This document shows, one piece after another, positions 1 to 7,265 of a stretch of 30,837 nucleotides of DNA (the first letter of the stretch is position 1; each line of letters begins with the position of its first letter). The position numbers were made by a program, and so were the translations under genes. Source of the stretch: a virus (Duplodnaviria > Caudoviricetes); IMG/VR virus record IMGVR_UViG_3300031701_000010, positions 1 through 30,837 of that record. The stretch is one strand, 5' to 3'. The notes under the pieces were generated by a model. The model had not been told where the DNA came from and searched no databases. It saw nothing but the letters and a program-made list of their open reading frames with translations.

Positions 1-1
1 G

Positions 2-196
2 CACGGTCGGGGACATGTCCTCACCGCCGACTCCGTGACCGGCCACCCGGACATGAGGGATGGCTCTCCGATCACGGAGACATCCACCTTGGAGGACATC
101 AACCTCGTCCAAGGGTACGCCCTCACGGCCAATACCAACTACTCACTGGGGACACCCCGTGAGTCACTGGTAGCGACCGCTGTCCGGGCCATCTGA
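2..196 (+). CDS. 5'-truncated small phage hypothetical protein
   Basis: Frame +2 is open from the window edge to TGA at 194-196 (HGRGHVLTADSVTGHPDMRDGSPITETS...GYALTANTNYSLGTP...). The GHP..DG..I.TS..T.NT.Y.LG pattern resembles small phage proteins. Confidence 0.55.
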   Translation, partial: HGRGHVLTADSVTGHPDMRDGSPITETSTLEDINLVQGYALTANTNYSLGTPRESLVATAVRAI

Positions 197-341
197 CTCA
201 GACTCGGCGCTCGGGGGAGCGTGGCAACAGAATCCCCCCACCACTCCGTGGCCATGGAGTCGTCGATAACCAACGCCGACACGCCACTCACGGGGCTTCC
301 CCCTGGCGTCCCGACGCAACACGGATTCTCTCAATGAAGCC

Positions 342-370
342 TTGACATCGCCGTCTGGTTCCGGTAGGGT
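342..370 (+). promoter_or_regulatory. SigA/sigma70-type promoter
   Basis: TTGACA (342-347), 17 nt, TAGGGT (365-370). Confidence 0.7.
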
Positions 371-457
371 GGAGATACAACCAGATGGCCAGGGCCATCG
401 ACCTCCTGAGCATGAGGGAAAAGGCTCACCTACCTACGCTGAGAGGCACCCCTAAAT

Positions 458-871
458 ATGACAGAACCAGCCACCACGACACGCTACCCATGCGACCGCT
501 GCGCCGTTCCGACACGCTCCGTCTTCGAAGGCGAATCGACCTTGGAGGACTACAGCACGCAGTTGAACGGTGGCCTCCACATGACCGCCTCAGGGTATTA
601 CGGGGGTTACTGGGATACCGCCTCCTTCATGGGCGACGAGCCTATCGATTTTCACCTATGCCATGACTGCGCCACATGGCTGTCACGCGAGATCCCGAAG
701 ATGGCTCAGGCGGCAAAGGGTGGCCACTTCGCAGCCAACGTAGAAAGCGAAGGCTCCCGTCACGCCCACGAGGCACGCGAAGGAACCGACAAAGAGTGGT
801 GCAAAGAGGAGAAAGCCTTGGGCATCAAGGTCATCGAGCCATGCTGCGAGTCGGGTGTTCTTACTTCATGA
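458..871 (+). CDS. hypothetical protein with two CxxC pairs (putative Zn-binding)
   Basis: 137-aa ORF with CDRC and CHDC; its stop overlaps the next ATG (ATGA). Confidence 0.7.
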   Translation: MTEPATTTRYPCDRCAVPTRSVFEGESTLEDYSTQLNGGLHMTASGYYGGYWDTASFMGDEPIDFHLCHDCATWLSREIPKMAQAAKGGHFAANVESEGSRHAHEAREGTDKEWCKEEKALGIKVIEPCCESGVLTS

Positions 872-1266
872 CACCGCCCAGCGAACAAACGAACGCACAA
901 CGACAACTTCGGGCAGAGGCTGACAGGGAACGATGGAAGAACCGGCATGAGAAACTGCACAAACAGGAGGCTGCACGTCTCAAGTCGCAGCAACGCGACT
1001 TCGACGGGTTCCTCAAGGCCACGAAAACTTGGGAGTTCGCTGACTGGGTGCACGATCACCACGACGAGGACGACTGGGGCACCTACGCGCTGTTTGCCTT
1101 CGCGCAAGTTCTACGCAAGATGCTTCCGAACATGACGCTTTGGGAGTTCAAGAAGTTAGCGACCCAAGAAGTCGGCTGGGACAAAGAGAAGTCATGGATG
1201 TTGCGTGGGGGGCTATCCGACTACGCCACCGGGCAGTTCTCTCTAGCCAAGGAAGATCTGCGATGA
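868..1266 (+). CDS. hypothetical protein
   Basis: Likely start ATG 868 (MTPPSEQ...) within ORF 676..1266; ATGA overlaps at both ends. Confidence 0.65.
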   Translation: MTPPSEQTNAQRQLRAEADRERWKNRHEKLHKQEAARLKSQQRDFDGFLKATKTWEFADWVHDHHDEDDWGTYALFAFAQVLRKMLPNMTLWEFKKLATQEVGWDKEKSWMLRGGLSDYATGQFSLAKEDLR

Positions 1267-1433
1267 ACACCACCACGACAACCCGACCGGATCCCCTCGA
1301 TTGGCGCACGGTAAGGATCGCTGTCAAACAGCATCTGCCCACGATGAACCGTTACGTCGGGGCTCGCCGGCTCGTAGCCGATGCCCTTGGCGTTCATCCG
1401 GAAACACTTGACATCCCCTTGACGGGCGAGTAG
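1263..1433 (+). CDS. small hypothetical protein
   Basis: ATG 1263 overlaps the upstream TGA and follows AAGGAAG; MNTTTTTRPDPLDW... Confidence 0.6.
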   Translation: MNTTTTTRPDPLDWRTVRIAVKQHLPTMNRYVGARRLVADALGVHPETLDIPLTGE

Positions 1434-1442
1434 GATGGGGTC
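1408..1442 (+). promoter_or_regulatory. SigA-type promoter, leaderless transcript
   Basis: TTGACA (1408-1413), 17 nt, TAGGAT (1431-1436), 6 nt, ATG 1443. Confidence 0.8.
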
Positions 1443-1688
1443 ATGACCACCACCGAAGAGTTCGTATCCTGCTGTGGCTACTGCGGGTCGGCAATCGACT
1501 ACTGCCAAGGTCACGGAGAAGACGAGCGAGCCGAATACGGATTCGACTACGACTCCGATCAGTACGAGGCACGACGTGACGTGTTTGAGACTTCGCTGAA
1601 CTTCGCCGACGACTGGACCCGCTGGCAGTCACATACTGAAGCCGACGCTCTGAGGGCGACCCTTGACAACTCCTTGACAAACGGATAG
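1443..1688 (+). CDS. small Cys-rich hypothetical protein
   Basis: 81-aa ORF with CCGYC..C..H, starting right at the predicted +1. Confidence 0.7.
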   Translation: MTTTEEFVSCCGYCGSAIDYCQGHGEDERAEYGFDYDSDQYEARRDVFETSLNFADDWTRWQSHTEADALRATLDNSLTNG

Positions 1689-1697
1689 GATGGGATC
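1663..1697 (+). promoter_or_regulatory. SigA-type promoter, leaderless transcript
   Basis: TTGACA (1663-1668), 17 nt, TAGGAT (1686-1691), 6 nt, ATG 1698. Confidence 0.8.
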
Positions 1698-2033
1698 ATG
1701 AAGAACACCGAAGCAATCGTTTACTATCGCAAGAACGCCGACTGGCTGAGCGAGGCGCCGTGGCAACCACCGTCAATCACACGCCTAGACGAACTCGACG
1801 AGGTTCATCGCATGGACATCATGCCGATGCCAAGCGTGTATTGGCTAGAGCACGTCTGGAAGACGATGCAGAACATCGACGGCGGCGACCTACCCCAGCA
1901 GTTGGGCGTGCGTTCGATGATGGTCGGCGACATTGTCGTCATCGGCAACGAGGGCTGGCAGGTCGAAGCGACCGGCTGGTCTCCCGTATCCAGCGACTGG
2001 CTGACCAACGAACCCCTGTACGCAAAGCCCTAA
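1698..2033 (+). CDS. hypothetical protein (YodL-like RSMxVGDIV motif)
   Basis: Contains RSMMVGDIVVI...W.V...GW, a motif typical of YodL-like and related small phage proteins. Confidence 0.65.
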   Translation: MKNTEAIVYYRKNADWLSEAPWQPPSITRLDELDEVHRMDIMPMPSVYWLEHVWKTMQNIDGGDLPQQLGVRSMMVGDIVVIGNEGWQVEATGWSPVSSDWLTNEPLYAKP

Positions 2034-2246
2034 ATCTCACCGGCCATGTGCCCTTCGATACCCAAAGCCTTAGCGCCGGTTACAACCTCACCGTCCATGG
2101 CACAGCCGATACCCTTAGCCGATACGACGGTCACTCTCACCAGCCAAAGCCTTGAGCCCCTCCGAACTCGTCCCGGTACCCAATGAACCAGCGGGGGGTT
2201 CAATAATCTCACTAGCCAAGGCCCTCCCGATACCCAATCTCGACCC
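2033..2246. repeat. degenerate ~50-bp tandem repeat region at a transcription convergence point
   Basis: AnnCTCACnnnCCA at 2033, 2084, 2133, 2205; CGATACCC at 2056, 2107, 2228; CCAAAGCCTT twice. Confidence 0.5.
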
Positions 2247-2251
2247 GCTAG

Positions 2252-2419
2252 TTAGTCTGAGTCACCGAGGATGAGTGCATCCCGTGCGTGATCTGCGGCT
2301 GCCTGTTCACTGGACAGCAGGTCCGTCAGTCGATTGACCTCATCCACCAGATGTACGATCCTCCACATGTACCAGTCCATCCCCATGTCCTTGCCCGGCT
2401 CGTAGTCCTGCAAGTCCAT
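2252..2419 (-). CDS. small hypothetical protein (55 aa, not in ORF track)
   Basis: Manual translation MDLQDYEPGKDMGMDWYMWRIVHLVDEVNRLTDLLSSEQAAADHARDALILGDSD*; starts 2 nt after the upstream stop. Confidence 0.6.
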   Translation of the reverse strand: MDLQDYEPGKDMGMDWYMWRIVHLVDEVNRLTDLLSSEQAAADHARDALILGDSD

Positions 2420-2421
2420 GG

Positions 2422-2568
2422 TCAGAACTTCATGGTTGGATAGGAGGTCCGACCAGTCGGCGTCGCTTCTTTCTTGACTTTCTTCATCGCTCGCCGGTTC
2501 CTCTTCTTCTGGTACTCCGCTCGCTTCTGAGCCCGAGCCGTCTTGCGCTGTTCCTTGTGCTTCTTCAT
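2422..2568 (-). CDS. small highly basic protein
   Basis: MKKHKEQRKTARAQKRAEYQKKRNRR...; its ATG overlaps the HIT gene stop (ATGA). Confidence 0.55.
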   Translation of the reverse strand: MKKHKEQRKTARAQKRAEYQKKRNRRAMKKVKKEATPTGRTSYPTMKF

Positions 2569-2999
2569 GCCGGATAGTTGGGCATCGCCTGATAGCGAGC
2601 CTTCTCTGGGATCACCCATCGAACGCCCCCACGGGGATCCCTCGTATCTCCCTCTGTTCGTGGAATGACGTGAACATGTGCGTGCTCAACCGTTTGGCCG
2701 GCGAAAGCCCCGACGTTCGTACCGATGTTCATGTCGGTAACTCCCGAACTTCGAAGGTGGTCGGCGACCAGAGCGACCATTGCCCACAGGTCGTATCGCT
2801 CATCAATATCCAGTTGGAACACATTCATAACGTGCCTGCGTGGGACAACCAGCGTGTGTCCGGGTGTAACCGGGTAGTTGTCGGGGAATGCAGCAGATGA
2901 TCGACCGATAGTCGTGCCGGCACCCTTGGATTCCCACCCGTTCTCCAGCCCTGCGATCTCGCAGAACGGGCACTCCTCTACACGAACTCCGGATTCCAC
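2565..2999 (-). CDS. HIT (histidine triad) family nucleotide hydrolase
   Basis: CPFC, YPVTPGHTLVVPRRH, AGQTVEHAHVHVIPR (HxHxH) and a GD..DPRGGVRWVIP tail. Start uncertain (GTG 2999 or TTG 3029). Confidence 0.92.
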   Translation of the reverse strand: MESGVRVEECPFCEIAGLENGWESKGAGTTIGRSSAAFPDNYPVTPGHTLVVPRRHVMNVFQLDIDERYDLWAMVALVADHLRSSGVTDMNIGTNVGAFAGQTVEHAHVHVIPRTEGDTRDPRGGVRWVIPEKARYQAMPNYPA

Positions 3000-3709
3000 A
3001 GACGCTCCCACGTTTGAGGACCGACACACCCATCCTTAGTCAGTCCTTCCATCCTCTGGAACTTCTTGACCGCCCAATGGGTACGCCAACCGTATTGACC
3101 GGTGTTCTTCATTGTTCCGAAGAAGCCGAGCATGATGATGCGCTCTTGCAGAGTGCCGACGATGGGGCCACGCGAGTTCCGCCTTTTCGACAACGGTGTG
3201 GCTGCCACCTGATCTGCGCAAGCAGCGATGTAGGCCAGGATGGCGAGAAAGTCAGGTTTTATCTCGGTCTTCTCTTCTTTGGTTTCGCTCATCGCTGGTG
3301 CGTCGAACCAACCTTCGGCATCGCGAGGTTGATGATGCCACCACTCACGAGCCTTGATCGTGGGGACAACGCCATAGCGGGTGGCGATGTTGTTGACCTC
3401 CCACTTGGCGATCTTGTTGCTGACCATGTGCAGATCGACCGCGTAGCAGAATCCGTCGTCCTGCGTCATGTGCCAACTTCCTCTCCACCAGCCGCCGGCC
3501 CCGAAGCGGCGGTCTGGGTTGGCAGCGAGATTGCCAGTTCCTGCCTTGTATTTCTTGTAGAAGTACGCCTGCTTCGCGTAAGTGCGACAGGCGCTACTCA
3601 CCTTCACCCGACCAACGATCTGAGGATCTTGGAAGAAGGCCTCTAGTCGTTTGACGAAGCGCGGGTGGAGAAGGGAGAGGTCAACGTTCTTGCCTGTGAC
3701 TGGAATCAT
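2978..3709 (-). CDS. M15-family Zn peptidase with C-terminal peptidoglycan-binding domain (endolysin-like)
   Basis: S..RTY..Q, SWH, AVD and EWWH motifs of M15/LAS peptidases; C-terminal LQ..L...G.YG..T..AVKKFQ..GL..DG.VGPQTW of PG_binding_1. Confidence 0.85.
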   Translation of the reverse strand: MIPVTGKNVDLSLLHPRFVKRLEAFFQDPQIVGRVKVSSACRTYAKQAYFYKKYKAGTGNLAANPDRRFGAGGWWRGSWHMTQDDGFCYAVDLHMVSNKIAKWEVNNIATRYGVVPTIKAREWWHHQPRDAEGWFDAPAMSETKEEKTEIKPDFLAILAYIAACADQVAATPLSKRRNSRGPIVGTLQERIIMLGFFGTMKNTGQYGWRTHWAVKKFQRMEGLTKDGCVGPQTWERLWNPEFV

Positions 3710-3738
3710 CTAGCCACAGTAGCATCTGGTTTGCGGCT

Positions 3739-4041
3739 CTAGCGGATGGGTACGACTTCTGCCATCAGGCCATCGCCTTCGGTTGTCTCAGGTGTCGCTG
3801 GGTTCGGCTGGAACAAGGTAACCCAATCGGAGGAAGCGAGCATCCCGTCCTCTACGTCTGGACCATGCCATGCGCGCAGCATCTTCATCCATGCGTCCTG
3901 TAGACGAACACTGATGTAGCGACTGGCTGGTCGGTTCCCTTCCTCCATGCGCTTCTGCCACTCCGTAGAGACAGCACCCGCTAGGGCGCCAAACTCTTCG
4001 GCGGTCAGTTCGATGGTCATGGTCTTGGTCTTAATTGACAT
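3739..4041 (-). CDS. hypothetical protein
   Basis: 100-aa ORF whose start overlaps the LysM gene stop. Confidence 0.65.
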   Translation of the reverse strand: MSIKTKTMTIELTAEEFGALAGAVSTEWQKRMEEGNRPASRYISVRLQDAWMKMLRAWHGPDVEDGMLASSDWVTLFQPNPATPETTEGDGLMAEVVPIR

Positions 4042-4310
4042 TAGTTCTCCGTTGGGATCTGGACAGTCTGGCCGATCTGAAGGGTGGCCGAACCGTCATT
4101 GAGTTGGATCATGTGGTGGACAGCGTTCTGGAGGTTACCTTCGCAGTTGTCGGAGGCGATCTGCCAGATCGTGTCAAAGGCTTGGGCCACAACTGGCTCC
4201 GTTGAGCAGGTGAACTTGACGTGTGCTGCGTTGGCTGTGCCGAACGCCCACACTCCACCGGCTACGGCTGCTGCCATGAGTATTCCTGTGAGTCCCCTCT
4301 TTATGTTCAT
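4041..4310 (-). CDS. membrane-anchored/secreted LysM-domain protein
   Basis: N-terminal hydrophobic helix, then V...DTIWQIA...I.LN...LQIGQTVQIP (LysM). Confidence 0.8.
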   Translation of the reverse strand: MNIKRGLTGILMAAAVAGGVWAFGTANAAHVKFTCSTEPVVAQAFDTIWQIASDNCEGNLQNAVHHMIQLNDGSATLQIGQTVQIPTEN

Positions 4311-4316
4311 ACCTTC

Positions 4317-4358
4317 ATCCTACAACCTGTTGACACCGCTGTCAAGTGCGGCTATGCT
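4317..4358. promoter_or_regulatory. overlapping divergent promoters sharing the palindrome TTGACA-CCGC-TGTCAA
   Basis: Minus strand: TTGACA (4345-4340), 17 nt, TAGGAT (4322-4317), 6 nt, ATG 4310. Plus strand: TTGACA (4330-4335), 17 nt, TATGCT (4353-4358). Confidence 0.8.
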
Positions 4359-4364
4359 GGGTTC

Positions 4365-4477
4365 GGGAGGCCAAAGGTATGGTGTCCCCGGGTAATGTAA
4401 ATGCACAGCGTGGCGTATTGCAGCGTGAAACTGTGTAGCCCGGGTATCGCAGGGTTCAACTCCCTGTCCGCTCACTA
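4365..4477 (+). ncRNA. tRNA-like / mini tmRNA-like RNA candidate
   Basis: Begins at the predicted +1. Perfect T-arm CAGGG-TTCAACT-CCCTG (4450-4466), a long central stem and an imperfect acceptor stem. Confidence 0.5.
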
Positions 4478-4542
4478 CTGACTGGCGCAGCGTTGCCGAG
4501 CCATCCACGGGGCTTGCGCCCAGCAACTTGTTCAGACATGAA

Positions 4543-4574
4543 GAAACCCCCGCCCATTTGGGCGAGGGTGTTTC
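4543..4574. terminator. probable (bidirectional) intrinsic terminator
   Basis: GAAACCCCCGCCCA-TTT-GGGCGAGGGTGTTTC hairpin between convergent transcription units. Confidence 0.55.
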
Positions 4575-4589
4575 GATGGGAGTCGGAAC

Positions 4590-4817
4590 CTAAGCGGAGT
4601 GAACCTCCGACCAGTCCGGAACTCCCCACTTCGTCCGATGGAGCGAGGCGATCCATTCTGCCTGCTTCGGATCCTTGCATCGCAGCGAGAAAGTCTGCGA
4701 ATCGGACGAGTCACCGTCGGGAGACTGGAAGCACATCTCCACCATGTTTCCGGTGGCGAATGCTGCGACCAGCGATCCCTTCACGGGAAGCATGGGGCGG
4801 GTAGTCGTGTCTGTCAT
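4590..4817 (-). CDS. hypothetical protein
   Basis: 75-aa ORF with SD GAAAGGA and its own promoter. Confidence 0.7.
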   Translation of the reverse strand: MTDTTTRPMLPVKGSLVAAFATGNMVEMCFQSPDGDSSDSQTFSLRCKDPKQAEWIASLHRTKWGVPDWSEVHSA

Positions 4818-4843
4818 GGTTTCCTTTCGTTTGATGTACCCCC

Positions 4844-4872
4844 AGTCTAGCCGACCCCGGCCCGCCTGTCAA
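4844..4872 (-). promoter_or_regulatory. SigA-type promoter
   Basis: TTGACA (4872-4867), 17 nt, TAGACT (4849-4844). Confidence 0.75.
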
Positions 4873-4895
4873 GGGTTTGTCGAGTTTCTCAGGAC

Positions 4896-4971
4896 TGGCT
4901 CGGCGGGGAGGGATCGAACCTCCAACCTCCGGGTCCAAAACCCGGCGTTCTGCCAGTTGAACTACCGCCGA
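4896..4971 (-). tRNA. tRNA-Gln(UUG)
   Basis: Cloverleaf; anticodon arm CCGGG-TT-TTG-GA-CCCGG; GGTTCGAT T-loop; encoded CCA. Confidence 0.95.
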
Positions 4972-4972
4972 C

Positions 4973-5047
4973 TGGTACCCCCAACGGGGATCGAACCCGT
5001 GTTACCAGCGTGAAAGGCTGGCGTCCTAACCACTAGACGATGGGGGC
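4973..5047 (-). tRNA. tRNA-Glu(UUC)
   Basis: Cloverleaf; CCAGC-CT-TTC-AC-GCTGG; encoded CCA. Confidence 0.95.
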
Positions 5048-5048
5048 T

Positions 5049-5124
5049 TGGTGGGAGCGGCGGGAATCGAACCCGCAACCGTCGGATTAAAAGTCCGCTA
5101 CTCTGCCAATTGAGTTACGCTCCC
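5049..5124 (-). tRNA. tRNA-Lys(UUU)
   Basis: Cloverleaf; anticodon loop CTTTTAA; encoded CCA. Confidence 0.95.
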
Positions 5125-5127
5125 GAG

Positions 5128-5211
5128 TGGCGGTGGCGGGATTTGAACCCGCATGACTCAAGAGTCGGGAGATTTTAAGTCTCCTGTGTATGCCCGTTCC
5201 ACCACACCGCC
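5128..5211 (-). tRNA. tRNA-Leu(UAA)
   Basis: GGAGA-CT-TAA-AA-TCTCC; long variable arm (GACTC-TT-GAGTC); CCA not encoded. Confidence 0.92.
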
Positions 5212-5226
5212 TCGCCTGAATAGGAG

Positions 5227-5445
5227 TTACGTTTCCCGCTCCACAAACATGGCGTACAAACGCTCAAGCGCGTTGTGGGTCGTCGTCTTGAATAGGGGCG
5301 GGGCCACAGCATGCACCAATGCAGCGAAGGATGCCCACGCCATTATCGCTGAGGCCGACAACGCAAAGCGCGCATGTTCACCCCAAGTCTGACCAACCGA
5401 AGCCGGATGTTCGGTGAAACGGTTAAAGGTTGGTATCAGTATCAC
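5227..5445 (-). CDS. DUF6356-like small membrane-associated protein
   Basis: FTEHPASVGQTWGEHARFA...LVHAVAPPLFKTT pattern; GTG 5445 overlaps the whiB stop. Confidence 0.7.
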   Translation of the reverse strand: MILIPTFNRFTEHPASVGQTWGEHARFALSASAIMAWASFAALVHAVAPPLFKTTTHNALERLYAMFVERET

Positions 5446-5738
5446 GATGGTGTCTCCGTGGGTTCGGTGCGGAACATCTTTCGTACTCGCCGCAGACTCT
5501 GTCGCTCTTGTTCGTTCGTCCCACCCCAAAAGCCAAACTCCAGATTACGCAGTGCGTAATCCAAACATTTCTTTTGTACTGGACAGGTACCACAAACAAT
5601 CCTCAGAACATGTGGCTCCTCGGTATTAAAGAATACTTCGGTGTCCATATTCTTGCATAATGCGTCCACCTTCCAAGGGGTTGGCTCGAATTGAATAAGG
5701 TCGCCCAAATTGTTGCGAAATTTGTCAGGAACGTCCAT
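5442..5738 (-). CDS. whiB: WhiB-family Fe-S transcription factor
   Basis: W...ALC...D.EVFF...CGTCPVQKKCLDYAL...GFWGGTNEQER. Confidence 0.92.
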   Translation of the reverse strand: MDVPDKFRNNLGDLIQFEPTPWKVDALCKNMDTEVFFNTEEPHVLRIVCGTCPVQKKCLDYALRNLEFGFWGGTNEQERQSLRRVRKMFRTEPTETPS

Positions 5739-5899
5739 CAGTCAGCAGACTGATCCGTGTTGGTTCGTGACATCGGTGCTTCGCACATCGGACAAATATA
5801 GTCGCGGTCTTCTAGCATCTGTCGCCCGACGTACCATAGGCATTCCGTGCAACGGATTACTCCGCGTAATCGGTTCTTTCTTACCTTTTTACTAGGCAT
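5738..5899 (-). CDS. small Zn-ribbon protein (53 aa, not in ORF track)
   Basis: MPSKKVRKNRLRGVIRCTECLW...ICPMCEAP...; promoter TTGGTA, 17 nt, TAAGAT, 5 nt, ATG. Confidence 0.65.
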   Translation of the reverse strand: MPSKKVRKNRLRGVIRCTECLWYVGRQMLEDRDYICPMCEAPMSRTNTDQSAD

Positions 5900-5997
5900 C
5901 TTGTATCTTACCAATTCACTTGTGGATTACCAACGTCTAGTCAAAGTTGATGGGGTAGTTCCCACATTGAGAATTACAGCGGTGTTATTATAACGCC

Positions 5998-6450
5998 GTG
6001 TCCTTGACTCATTCTGCTGCCCGCCGCCTGTTCGGCAAATTCGTCGCATTCAATCAAATGCTGTCGGAACAGCAGGAAGTTGAAAACTACTACGGGCTGT
6101 CTTATCGTATGGACACTTGGCAAATGTGGTCAGAATGTGAAGGGAATCACGAACCCAACTCCCGAACGCAATGTCACCACTCTGGATTGCACTTGACCAT
6201 CAAGGAATGTGAGAAACCGATGGGGCAAGCAGAGTTCGCTGTGATGTACGGACCATTCGATCTGATGACAGGCGATGACCCGGAACTGCTTTATCGCCAA
6301 ATGAACAACAGCGTGAAAGCGGTACTCGCCACTGCCCAACTACATATCCACGCCCTCGGGTGGCCCTGCCATGACGAGTGTCAATGCGAACAGATTCTCT
6401 CAGAAGAGAACTACATGGGACCACCTGATCGCAATGGATTTGACGACTGA
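5998..6450 (+). CDS. hypothetical Cys/His-rich protein
   Basis: 150-aa ORF; extended -10 TGn-TATTAT lies 6 nt before the GTG. Confidence 0.65.
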   Translation: MSLTHSAARRLFGKFVAFNQMLSEQQEVENYYGLSYRMDTWQMWSECEGNHEPNSRTQCHHSGLHLTIKECEKPMGQAEFAVMYGPFDLMTGDDPELLYRQMNNSVKAVLATAQLHIHALGWPCHDECQCEQILSEENYMGPPDRNGFDD

Positions 6451-6539
6451 TGTTAGAAGTGTTTGAGTGGATTGGCTATGGCGCTATGTTCCTGCTCGCC
6501 ATAGTGCTGTACATGGGTTGGACGGATATTCAACGCTAG
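6450..6539 (+). CDS. 29-aa single-TM peptide
   Basis: MLEVFEWIGYGAMFLLAIVLYMGWTDIQR*; TGATG overlap with the upstream gene. Confidence 0.5.
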   Translation: MLEVFEWIGYGAMFLLAIVLYMGWTDIQR

Positions 6540-6746
6540 TTAGAACAGCGCCTCTTCTTGAGTGGCCTGCCCCTTGCGTTTTCTCATCTCTAGGTCAACA
6601 CAGAGTGGATGTGCCCATCCGGCAGCATCACTAATGAGTCTGGCCCCTGTGATCTTGCCCGGTTCCAACCAGCAAAGAACCCGTTTATACGATCCCTGAG
6701 TTCGTGGGTTCAGATTCTTTCCGCAGAACTCACACACGACTGTCAT
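6540..6746 (-). CDS. small Zn-binding hypothetical protein
   Basis: CEFC and HPLC motifs. Confidence 0.65.
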   Translation of the reverse strand: MTVVCEFCGKNLNPRTQGSYKRVLCWLEPGKITGARLISDAAGWAHPLCVDLEMRKRKGQATQEEALF

Positions 6747-6818
6747 TTGGTCAGTTCTCGGAGGACACTACTCGCCATGTGACGAGGATAGCATCCCCCG
6801 AGGTAACTAACTCCACGA

Positions 6819-7265
6819 TCAGGCAGGTGAATCACACGGCATGTACCGGGCATAGACCCGATAGTCGCCGTTGGCATCTACACGAACCACCGACTCGTAG
6901 GTATCGTTCATTCCAGCCACGATGCGTAACGCCTTCAACTCGTGCTTCACGATACGACGCTTGAGACCCACCGCGTGGGCACGGGCTGCCGGGGTGTCCG
7001 CCGCCTTGAAGATGCGGATCAACGCCCACTCACGCGGCTTGCTGGTCAGCCTCTCGGCAACGGTGTTCCAGAAGATGGTTGCAGGTGCGCTTGTCTTGCC
7101 TCGACCCATCTGGCTGTAGGACAGGCTGTCACCCGTCGGTTGCTCATAGCAAAGGACACTCAACAGATCGTTCAAGTTATCCTTGCTCATGGCGTTGGCC
7201 TTTGAACGGGTGGATCTCACAGACACCTCTGCGGCATCAATCGATCCGAACACTGGCTCACTCAT
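6819..7265 (-). CDS. hypothetical protein
   Basis: 148-aa ORF coupled to the upstream gene by ATGA. Confidence 0.7.
   Translation of the reverse strand: MSEPVFGSIDAAEVSVRSTRSKANAMSKDNLNDLLSVLCYEQPTGDSLSYSQMGRGKTSAPATIFWNTVAERLTSKPREWALIRIFKAADTPAARAHAVGLKRRIVKHELKALRIVAGMNDTYESVVRVDANGDYRVYARYMPCDSPA

Noticed and set aside
4365-4530. Full tmRNA or canonical tRNA
   Set aside because: Too short for tmRNA, with no tag ORF or G3-U70 pair; no D-stem or 7-nt anticodon loop; imperfect acceptor stem.
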